From Flavobacteriaceae bacterium (GTDB lineage Bacteria > Bacteroidota > Bacteroidia > Flavobacteriales > Flavobacteriaceae), in contig JALSLI010000013.1 in assembly GCA_026988395.1 (NCBI GenBank), forward strand, positions 9,008 through 73,007: a stretch of 64,000 nt of DNA, read 5' to 3'. The first letter of the stretch is position 1; the number at the start of each line of letters is the position of its first letter. This document shows positions 9,772-17,629 of this stretch, piece after piece. Made by a program: the position numbers and the translations under genes. The notes below the pieces were generated by a model. It was given only the letters and a program-made list of their open reading frames with translations. It was not told where the DNA came from and did no database searches.

Positions 9772-9787
9772 TGTAACTTGAGTTACA
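9772..9787. promoter_or_regulatory. palindrome TGTAACT-TG-AGTTACA in a divergent promoter region
   Basis: 7-bp inverted arms with a 2-nt spacer, lying between the porin start (9699) and the rhodanese start (9852). Confidence 0.3.
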
Positions 9788-9851
9788 TTAAAAGATAATT
9801 TAATCTTTTAATTTTGTGCCATTATTAACTTATAAAAAAATAACAGATAAA

Positions 9852-11093
9852 ATGAAAACAATAAATAAAATTAGTTTACTGATTTTTATATCGCTACTAG
9901 CATTAGCTTCGTGTAAAAATGCAGATGAAATTAAAAAACGTGAATTGGCAAAGAGACAAGCCAATCAAATAGCACAAATTACGCCTGTTGAAAAACCTGC
10001 TAATCTAGGTGAAATTAACAAAATTGATGCTAATGAATTTGAAAAAATAATTCAAGACAAAAATGTACAATTAGTTGATGTTAGAACTCCTGAAGAATAT
10101 GCCGAAGGACACATAAAAGGTGCTGTAAACATCAATTTTAAAAAAAGAACTTTCCCTGATTACATCAATGTGATCGACAAAGACAAACCTGTTGCTGTTT
10201 ATTGCCGTTCTGCTAATAGAAGTGGCAAAGCTGCTTTAATTATGCAATCTGAAGGCTTTAAAAAAATATACGATTTAGATGGAGGGATTAAAGCGTGGAA
10301 AACTGCCTCAAAAGAATTATCTACCGAAGATAATAAAAACAATCAAAAAGTACAAAAATTAATTGAAGAGAAAAAAGAACAATTAAAAGGAGAGCCTGTT
10401 GTTGGTAAAAATCACCAAGTTGGTGTAACTGATTTTGAAAAATTGGTAAAAGAAGGAAAAGTTACTTTAGTTGATGTCCGTACGCCAAAAGAATATGCAC
10501 AAGGTCATATTGACGGTGCTATTAATGTGGACTGGAAAAATAGACACTTTGCCGATAACATAACTAAAGTTGTTGGTAACGATAAACCAGCTGCTATTTA
10601 TTGTCGCTCAGGTAATCGTGCTACAAGAGCAATGTATGCAATGGATGCTTTAGGTTACAATGAAATTTATAATTTAGAACACGGAATTAAATCTTGGAAA
10701 GCAGAAAATAAACCTTTAAAAACATTAGAAGTTAAAGGAGATATACATCATTTAGATGTAGAAAACTTCAACAATGCCATTCAAGGTCAAGTTGGTAAAC
10801 TCATAGATATTCGAACTCCAAAAGAATATGAAGCATATCATATTCCGGGAGCAATTAATATTGATTATAAAAAAGATAACTTTAAAGAGGAAATGGAAAA
10901 ACTGGGTAAAGATGTACCTGTTCTAATTTATTGCCGTTCAGGAGGTCGTTCCGGTAGAGCTACAAAACTTTTAGACAAAGAAGGATTTAAAGTATACAAT
11001 TTGAATAAAGGTATTCTTAAATGGAAAGAAAAAGGAATGCCGGTAGAAGGTAAAAACACAAAGGCACACGATGGTGGTGAAGAAGGATGTTAA
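9852..11093 (+). CDS. lipoprotein with three catalytic rhodanese domains
   Basis: I prefer the ATG at 9852 (MKTINKISLLIFISLLALASCKN, lipobox) over the GTG at 9816. There are three ~100-aa repeats, each with an active-site loop: CRSANRS, CRSGNRA, CRSGGRS. The protein ends in ...GGEEGC. Confidence 0.85.
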   Translation: MKTINKISLLIFISLLALASCKNADEIKKRELAKRQANQIAQITPVEKPANLGEINKIDANEFEKIIQDKNVQLVDVRTPEEYAEGHIKGAVNINFKKRTFPDYINVIDKDKPVAVYCRSANRSGKAALIMQSEGFKKIYDLDGGIKAWKTASKELSTEDNKNNQKVQKLIEEKKEQLKGEPVVGKNHQVGVTDFEKLVKEGKVTLVDVRTPKEYAQGHIDGAINVDWKNRHFADNITKVVGNDKPAAIYCRSGNRATRAMYAMDALGYNEIYNLEHGIKSWKAENKPLKTLEVKGDIHHLDVENFNNAIQGQVGKLIDIRTPKEYEAYHIPGAINIDYKKDNFKEEMEKLGKDVPVLIYCRSGGRSGRATKLLDKEGFKVYNLNKGILKWKEKGMPVEGKNTKAHDGGEEGC

Positions 11094-11110
11094 TACTGTT
11101 TTGTTTGTTA

Positions 11111-11290
11111 AACCTTAAACCTGCAAAGATTTTCGTAGCGAAAAGTCAAAATGCGTGTTAGTATTGGTGTAGCACAGTTTTGAGACTCGCAAACATAGCA
11201 TTTGTTATGGTGAGTATCGAGAAATGAGCATTGCCAATAATGACGTGCAGTTTGGCTTTGTAGTAGAAATACTTTTGCGGATTTAAGGTT
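11111..11290 (+). repeat. extended-hairpin intergenic element, copy A (candidate structured RNA or MITE-like)
   Basis: The ends pair over 18 positions with 1 mismatch and 2 G-U pairs (11111-11128 with 11273-11290). Internal boxes TTTTCGTAGCGAAAAGTCAAAAT and GAGCATTGCCAATAATGACGTGCAGTTTGGCTTTGTAGTAGAAA are shared with copy B at 55865-56039. GC content is higher than in the flanks. Confidence 0.5.
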
Positions 11291-11323
11291 AAAACCATCT
11301 ATCGAAAGATAGGTGGTTTTTTT
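11291..11323 (+). terminator. intrinsic terminator
   Basis: aaccatctatc-gaaa-gataggtggtt followed by a T7 run. Confidence 0.7.
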
Positions 11324-11359
11324 ATGCCTTGATATAGGCAAAAACCGTATTTTCGTAAC

Positions 11360-13174
11360 GTGAAACTTAAAAACTACATACTTTATTTTATCCTTTCTTT
11401 AATAGTTGCCTCTTTTGTTGTTTTTCTATTTAATCGAAAAAAACATCAAGAATCGGCTTATATTCCAATTCAAAAAAACAGTTCTTGCATCTCTTGTCAC
11501 ACGGTTATGAAAGGTTTTTCGCCTTCACATACACCAAATAAAATGAGTTGTACGGCTTGCCATTTAGGAAATAATTCCGCTTTCGAGAAGGAAGAAGCAC
11601 ATCAAAATATGGTTGTCGTTCCTGGAAATTTATCAAATGTAAGTAAAACCTGTGCAAAATGCCATGTAGGAATTGATCTTAGAATAAAAAAATCCTTAAT
11701 GAATACCATGAGTGGTATTATTAGCGTGGATAAACATGTTTTTGGCGAAAATAAAAATCTCGATTCTCTTTTTAATATTCATCACCTCAAAAATACAACC
11801 AAAGCCGAAAGTCATCTGCGTAACAAATGTGCTTCTTGTCATCTTGGAAATGAGAAAATACATCCAAATCCGATTACCCAAAAATCACGTGGTGGAGGCT
11901 GTCTTGCTTGCCATTTAAACTATTCCGATAAGGCAAAAATCGCACATCAAAAATATTACGATTCAGATAAAGTAAATTTAACGACAATACATCCGTCAAT
12001 TTCTTTAAAAATAACCGATAACCATTGTTTTGGTTGCCATAGCCGTAGCGGAAGAATTGCCACAAATTACGAAGGTTGGCACGAAACTATTTACAAAGAT
12101 ACTCTGTATGGAAATCTAAATTTTAGAGTTTTAGAAGATAAACGCGTATTTAGCAAACAAACAGACGATATTCATCACAACAAAGGATTAAGCTGTATCG
12201 ATTGCCATGATACATATGATGTTATGGGTGACGGAAACATTTATGCTCATCAAGAACAAGCGGTAAAAATATCATGCAGAGATTGCCATTTTAATAAAGC
12301 TCCAAAAACAGCCTTATTTGCTAATTTGGAAGAAGCTGATAAACGAATTTTAAGACTTCGCCAAAAAGACACAACGCAACAATACATTCTTACCAAAAAA
12401 GGAAGAGTAATGTACCAAGTAATTAAGAAAGAAACTGAATACCAATTGATTACCAAACTGAGTAATCAAAATTTTACATTATCCAAGCCAAGCGAATTTT
12501 GCACACAAAATACACATAAAAACATTAATTGTAGTACTTGCCATACAACTTGGAGTCCACAATGTATATCTTGCCACACCAAATTTAATCCTAATGAAGA
12601 AGGCTACGATTTGTTGGATAAATCTTGGGTTTTAGGTAAATGGGAAGAAAAAGGGAATTTATTTAGAAGTCGTTTTCCTACTTTAGGAGTTATTTCCGAA
12701 AAGGATAAAAAAAATATCCAAAGTTTTGCCATCGGTATGAATTTACACCTACAAAAAAAACCGAAAGGCAAAACGGAATTTCATCGCTTTTTTGCTCCAA
12801 TTTCTGCTCATACAGTAAATAAAAAGGGAGCTGATTGCAAAACATGCCATCTAAATCCGGCAACCATAGGCTATGGAGAAGGAGAATTAATCTTGCAAAA
12901 AAATGGCTCATTCACTTTTATAAACAAATATAAAAAAGATAAAGACGGACTTCCAAAAGATGCTTGGATACCGCTTTTAAAAGAAAACAAAAGCGGAAAA
13001 GCAACCAGAAAAAATGCCAGACCTTTTAATATTACAGAACAGAAAAAAATATTACGTGTAGGTGCTTGCCTAACTTGTCATAAGGATAATAGCAAAGTAG
13101 CGAAATCTCTTATAAAAAATTATGCTGAGGTGTTAAAAAATTGCAGTTCACAATGCATTTTACCAAATTTTTAA
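11360..13174 (+). CDS. membrane-anchored dodecahaem c-type cytochrome
   Basis: 604 aa with a GTG start and an N-terminal TM helix (ILYFILSLIVASFVVFLF). It has 12 CXXCH motifs: CISCH, CTACH, CAKCH, CASCH, CLACH, CFGCH, CIDCH, CRDCH, CSTCH, CISCH, CKTCH, CLTCH. Confidence 0.85.
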   Translation: MKLKNYILYFILSLIVASFVVFLFNRKKHQESAYIPIQKNSSCISCHTVMKGFSPSHTPNKMSCTACHLGNNSAFEKEEAHQNMVVVPGNLSNVSKTCAKCHVGIDLRIKKSLMNTMSGIISVDKHVFGENKNLDSLFNIHHLKNTTKAESHLRNKCASCHLGNEKIHPNPITQKSRGGGCLACHLNYSDKAKIAHQKYYDSDKVNLTTIHPSISLKITDNHCFGCHSRSGRIATNYEGWHETIYKDTLYGNLNFRVLEDKRVFSKQTDDIHHNKGLSCIDCHDTYDVMGDGNIYAHQEQAVKISCRDCHFNKAPKTALFANLEEADKRILRLRQKDTTQQYILTKKGRVMYQVIKKETEYQLITKLSNQNFTLSKPSEFCTQNTHKNINCSTCHTTWSPQCISCHTKFNPNEEGYDLLDKSWVLGKWEEKGNLFRSRFPTLGVISEKDKKNIQSFAIGMNLHLQKKPKGKTEFHRFFAPISAHTVNKKGADCKTCHLNPATIGYGEGELILQKNGSFTFINKYKKDKDGLPKDAWIPLLKENKSGKATRKNARPFNITEQKKILRVGACLTCHKDNSKVAKSLIKNYAEVLKNCSSQCILPNF

Positions 13175-13198
13175 TAACTTGCAGAAAAAATTTTTATC

Positions 13199-13408
13199 AT
13201 GAAAAATAAACATATTTTAATCACATTATTAATAGGAATTATTTTTGTAACTCTGGGTTCTCTTTTTAAAATAATGCATCAAACTGTCTTTGGTTTAAGT
13301 GCGAAATCTTTGTTGTCAACCGGATTACTTATTGAGTTTATTGCTGTTGTTATGCTATTTATTAAACTCATTAAAAATAAAAAAATAAAGAAAACTTTAA
13401 ATTCATAA
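13199..13408 (+). CDS. small two-TM membrane protein (hypothetical)
   Basis: 69 aa. It starts 25 nt after the cytochrome gene and ends 1 nt before bcp. Confidence 0.5.
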   Translation: MKNKHILITLLIGIIFVTLGSLFKIMHQTVFGLSAKSLLSTGLLIEFIAVVMLFIKLIKNKKIKKTLNS

Positions 13409-13409
13409 A

Positions 13410-13943
13410 ATGCCTAAAAAATATATCTTAATTCTACTTTTTATTGCAGTTTTAGTGTATTCGTATCAAACTGTTATTGCACAGAAAACCAAATTAAAAG
13501 TTGGTGATACCATTCCGGATTTCACCTTAAAAAATCAAAATGATAAAAATTTTCATCTAAAAGACTACATAGGAAAATCTAATTTAGTTATCTATTTTTA
13601 TCCAAAAGACGATACGCCCGGATGTACCAAAGAAGCCTGTAAATTTAGAGATGAATTCCAAGATTTTACCGATTTAGATGCCATGGTTATTGGTATTAGT
13701 AGTGATTCTGTAAATTCGCATAAAGAATTTGCAGAAAAATATCATTTGCCTTTTACACTTTTGGCTGATACCAATAAAAAAGTACGTAAATTATTTGGTG
13801 TTCCTAGTTTTAGTGGTGTTATTCCCGGAAGAGTTACTTATATTATTGATAAAAACGGTAAAATTGTATATATTTTTAACAGTATGCGAAATGCCGAAAA
13901 ACACATAGACGAAGCCAAACGAATTTTAAAATCCCTAAAATGA
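13410..13943 (+). CDS. bcp: Bcp-type peroxiredoxin with N-terminal signal/anchor sequence
   Basis: 177 aa with active site YPKDDTPGCTKEAC. The hydrophobic N-terminus (ILILLFIAVLVYSYQTVIAQ) suggests export. Confidence 0.8.
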   Translation: MPKKYILILLFIAVLVYSYQTVIAQKTKLKVGDTIPDFTLKNQNDKNFHLKDYIGKSNLVIYFYPKDDTPGCTKEACKFRDEFQDFTDLDAMVIGISSDSVNSHKEFAEKYHLPFTLLADTNKKVRKLFGVPSFSGVIPGRVTYIIDKNGKIVYIFNSMRNAEKHIDEAKRILKSLK

Positions 13944-14755
13944 GTTCTATCGTAACGGCAGATTGGCTTAATGACAATCTAAATAATCCGGACGTAATTA
14001 TTTTAGACGCAACGTTTAAAGGCGTAAATAAAAGTGAAAAATCAGATAAAAACAAACAAATTAAAAATGCCTTATTTTTTGATTTAAACCATTTTAAAAA
14101 TCAAGAAAGCAACTTATCAAATACCTATCCTAAACCGGATTTTTTTGAAAAAGAAATACAAAAATTAGGGATAAAAAACCACCAACATATTGTTATTTAT
14201 GATGAAAACGGCATCTACTCTGCTCCACGAGTTTGGTGGCTTTTTAGATTAATGGGACATCAAAAAGTTTCCGTTTTAAACGGAGGATTGCCAAACTGGA
14301 TTAACAAAGGATTTCCTACCGAAAAAAAAACACGTAACCAAAAAATCACCATCTCTAATTATCGTGTAAATTTTACATCCGATTTAATTGTAGATTACAA
14401 TTATGTAAAGAAAAATAGTCTTAAAAATGAAGCTCTTTTAATAGATGCACGTAGTGAAGGAAGGTTTAACGGTACAACTCCGGAACCAAGAAAAGAATTA
14501 CCAAGCGGAAAAATACCAAATTCAATTAATATTCCGTATCAAAAAGTTTTAGAAAATGGGTTTCTAAAACCAAATAATACGTTAAAATCCATTTTTAAAG
14601 ATGTTTTAAAACAAGACAAAAAACTTATTTTTAGTTGTGGCTCCGGAATTACAGCATGTATTAATCTATTGGCAAGTGAGCAGATTCTGCCTAATAAAAA
14701 AGCGGTCTTTGATGGTTCGTGGACAGAATGGATAAAAAAAAGCACAACTTTATAA
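13940..14755 (+). CDS. sseA: 3-mercaptopyruvate/thiosulfate sulfurtransferase (two rhodanese domains)
   Basis: 271 aa with the MST-type active-site loop CGSGITAC. An ATGA overlap joins it to bcp. Confidence 0.8.
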   Translation: MSSIVTADWLNDNLNNPDVIILDATFKGVNKSEKSDKNKQIKNALFFDLNHFKNQESNLSNTYPKPDFFEKEIQKLGIKNHQHIVIYDENGIYSAPRVWWLFRLMGHQKVSVLNGGLPNWINKGFPTEKKTRNQKITISNYRVNFTSDLIVDYNYVKKNSLKNEALLIDARSEGRFNGTTPEPRKELPSGKIPNSINIPYQKVLENGFLKPNNTLKSIFKDVLKQDKKLIFSCGSGITACINLLASEQILPNKKAVFDGSWTEWIKKSTTL

Positions 14756-14768
14756 AGTTGTGCTTTTT
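14734..14768. terminator. hairpin terminator between convergent genes
   Basis: agcacaacttt / aaagttgtgct arms flanked by an A-run and a T-run. It overlaps the sseA stop codon. Confidence 0.6.
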
Positions 14769-14805
14769 ACAAATTTTCATTTTATGTGTAGTTAAAAAAT
14801 AATCA

Positions 14806-16656
14806 CTATTTATTTATATTTTCTTTCAACCATTTTAATGCTTCATTAAAACTATTGAAAATGTGATTTTCAGGTATTAAATCCGGAATAATATCGATAC
14901 GCTCTAACATATATCTTGGTTGCTCCTGAATATTTACCAACAACACTTTCTTACCTTTATTAATTAAATCTACTAATGTATCTTCAATGGCATATAAACC
15001 GGATTGGTCTAAATATTGCATTTTCCCAAGCCTTATTATAACAACTTCTGCCTCATCTGGAATTTGCTTTGACAACTCTTGAAAATCACTTGTAGAGCCA
15101 AAGAATAAAGGTCCTTTAATATGCTTTATAAAAACTTTCTTTAAAATACTTTCCGGAGTGTCCTTTTCATCTTCCCATAATTCTTCTTTGTATAAAGTTC
15201 TAACTTCAGATCTTTGAGCTGTTAAATCACCCATTTTTTTCATGAACATTAAAGATGAAATAACCAGTCCTATACCTACTGCATACACTAAATTCCACAC
15301 TGATGATAATATTAAAACAACTAACATAATAATAACTTCAGCTTTTGGCATATATGGCATTGCTTTTAAACCTTTATAATCCATAACTCCAATACCTACT
15401 GTTATTAGGATTCCTGCTAGTACAGCTGCCGGTATCTTAGATGCAATTGGACCCAAAGCTAAAAGAATAAAAAGCAGTAACAAACTTGCAATCATTCCTG
15501 ATAATTTTGTTTTTCCTCCTGCTTTAATATTTACAACAGTTCTAATTGTTGCTCCTGCACCGGGAATCCCTCCAAAAATAGAACTAATAGAATTTCCGAT
15601 TCCTTGTCCAATTAACTCTTGATTCGGATTGTGCTTGGTTTTAGTCATATTATCTGCTACGACCGATGTTAGTAAAGAATCTATTGCTCCTAAAAGAGCT
15701 AAAGTTAAAGCTGTAAAAAAATATGGAGAAATACTATTCAGTTTAAAATTTGAAAACATTTCAAAATGCGGAATTGGCAAACCGCTTGGTATTTTAGCTA
15801 TTGGCCTGTAATTAAGACCAAAACCAATTGCTATACCGGACATAACGAGTAAAGCAACTAATGTACTTGGCACTTTATCGGTAATCCGTTTAAACCCATA
15901 AATAATAAAAATAGTTCCTAAAGCCAGCAACAATTCAATTTTATTAATGGATTGTAATGCTCTTGGTAATATCTTAATCGCTCCAATTACTCCACCTGCT
16001 TCTTTGGTTGCCAAAGCTTTAGATTCTTTTAAAATCTCTTCTTCTGTAATGTGTTCAATTTTATTAATTTCTTTTTTGATATCCTCTAAAACTAATACTC
16101 CATCATCAGAATCATCTAAAATCATTTTAGAAACAATTGCACCTTCGGCTTGGGTTCTAAATTGAGATATAAATTCTTTATCCTCTTTAGGATAATAACC
16201 TACTGATGGTAATATTTGAGTGATTAGAATTATAACACCAATTGCAGTCATAAATCCGGAAACTACAGGATAAGGGATATATTTTATATACTTACCCAGC
16301 CCTAAAACACCTAATATTATCTGAAATAATCCTGCCAGTAAGAATACAATTAATATTGCCGGTAATGCTTTTGCTACATTCCCTTCAAAAGTAGCAATTA
16401 TTCCGGCAATTACAACCATACTTACGGCTGTCATTGGTGCAGTTGGACCTGATATTTGAGTAGGAGTACCACCAAATAAAGCTGCAAAAAAACCTACAAA
16501 TATAGCTCCATAAAGACCTGCACTAGGTCCTAATCCGGAGCTAACTCCAAAAGCAAGTGCCAAAGGTAATGCCACAATTCCAGCTGTTATACCACCAAAC
16601 AAATCACCTCTGAAATGCTTAAAATTAAATCCAAATTTATTGTTTTTTATCATCAT
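14806..16656 (-). CDS. SulP-family anion transporter with C-terminal STAS domain
   Basis: 616 aa, polytopic, with a soluble STAS-like tail. Confidence 0.85.
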   Translation of the reverse strand: MMIKNNKFGFNFKHFRGDLFGGITAGIVALPLALAFGVSSGLGPSAGLYGAIFVGFFAALFGGTPTQISGPTAPMTAVSMVVIAGIIATFEGNVAKALPAILIVFLLAGLFQIILGVLGLGKYIKYIPYPVVSGFMTAIGVIILITQILPSVGYYPKEDKEFISQFRTQAEGAIVSKMILDDSDDGVLVLEDIKKEINKIEHITEEEILKESKALATKEAGGVIGAIKILPRALQSINKIELLLALGTIFIIYGFKRITDKVPSTLVALLVMSGIAIGFGLNYRPIAKIPSGLPIPHFEMFSNFKLNSISPYFFTALTLALLGAIDSLLTSVVADNMTKTKHNPNQELIGQGIGNSISSIFGGIPGAGATIRTVVNIKAGGKTKLSGMIASLLLLFILLALGPIASKIPAAVLAGILITVGIGVMDYKGLKAMPYMPKAEVIIMLVVLILSSVWNLVYAVGIGLVISSLMFMKKMGDLTAQRSEVRTLYKEELWEDEKDTPESILKKVFIKHIKGPLFFGSTSDFQELSKQIPDEAEVVIIRLGKMQYLDQSGLYAIEDTLVDLINKGKKVLLVNIQEQPRYMLERIDIIPDLIPENHIFNSFNEALKWLKENINK

Positions 16657-16659
16657 TTA

Positions 16660-17307
16660 TTATTTTTTTATAAAATCTACTTTTCCTGTTGACACATCGT
16701 ACATTGCTGTAACAATTTCAATGCTACTATTATTATTTAACTCTTTTAAAATTTCACTTTTCAATAAAATTTCATCTTTTACATGCATTACATTATTTAG
16801 AGCTACTGCATTGACAAAATTGGTGTTTTTTGAATTTCGTTGTTCATTTTTATTGGTTGGTGTTTTTTTTATAACCGGTTTAATTTTATCTAATAAAACT
16901 GTTAAATTCCCTGCTTTTAAATTATCACAAGCTCCTTTTACCGCTCCACATGATGTATGCCCTAAAACAACTACCAATTTTACATTTACAAATTTACATG
17001 CATATTCAATACTTCCTAAAACATCTTCATTTACAATGTTACCTGCAACTTTCACATTAAATAAATCACCAATACCTTGATCGAAAATTATTTCTACTGG
17101 TACTCTAGAATCTATACAACTTAATATAACTGCTGTTGGGTATTGCCCTTTTTTTGTCTGTTTTACATTTTCTAGATGAATTCTATTTAATGACATATTT
17201 TTTAAAAAACGTTTATTCCCATCTTTTAACATTTTTAATGCTTTTTTTGATGTTATTTTGCTTTGAAGCTCTTTCGTTTTTGCTTTTACCATATCTATAA
17301 TCGACAT
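16660..17307 (-). CDS. beta-class carbonic anhydrase
   Basis: 215 aa with Zn ligand motifs SCIDSRV and GHTSCGAV. It lies 3 nt upstream of the SulP gene. Confidence 0.85.
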   Translation of the reverse strand: MSIIDMVKAKTKELQSKITSKKALKMLKDGNKRFLKNMSLNRIHLENVKQTKKGQYPTAVILSCIDSRVPVEIIFDQGIGDLFNVKVAGNIVNEDVLGSIEYACKFVNVKLVVVLGHTSCGAVKGACDNLKAGNLTVLLDKIKPVIKKTPTNKNEQRNSKNTNFVNAVALNNVMHVKDEILLKSEILKELNNNSSIEIVTAMYDVSTGKVDFIKK

Positions 17308-17629
17308 AATCTTAACTTTTTAAATTTTACTTTTAATTTTTTTAATACTTATTTTATACAGAAATAAATTAATCTTTCATGTATTATGTTCACTATAATC
17401 TTTATATAATTTTACTATCTTTAAACTAAATAGTGTAGTAAAAAGAATTAATAAAATCGAAGAAATTATAATATTGTTTTTTTCATATTGTACTGGCAAA
17501 TATATAAAAATTACGATAATAAAACAATAAAAGAAACAGCTTTTATACGCTTAAATTTACTCCTAAACTCTAGTAAATTATTAAATTTCTAAAACTTATC
17601 GTATTTTTGAAATCTAAAACTTACAAACA

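Noticed and set aside
9816-9851. GTG-initiated N-terminal extensions in the track (9816; similarly 32489, 37590, 41905, 48192, 54027, 51325, 60837, 62802)
   Set aside because: In each case an in-frame ATG just downstream gives a canonical N-terminus (a signal peptide, or the conserved first motif of the family). The longer forms add unconserved residues.
11108-11341. 77-aa minus-strand ORF in the rhodanese-cytochrome intergenic region
   Set aside because: It lies entirely within the hairpin element and terminator. It has an odd composition and no signal or domain features. It is better explained as a chance ORF in a relatively GC-rich structured repeat.
16640-17080. 146-aa plus-strand ORF
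   Set aside because: It is antisense to the beta-carbonic anhydrase gene, which has clear catalytic motifs.
14806-17307. SulP transporter plus beta-carbonic anhydrase considered as part of the sulfur module
   Set aside because: SulP next to beta-CA is a widely seen bicarbonate/anion pairing that needs no link to the neighbouring sulfur genes. It is on the opposite strand and separated by a terminator.
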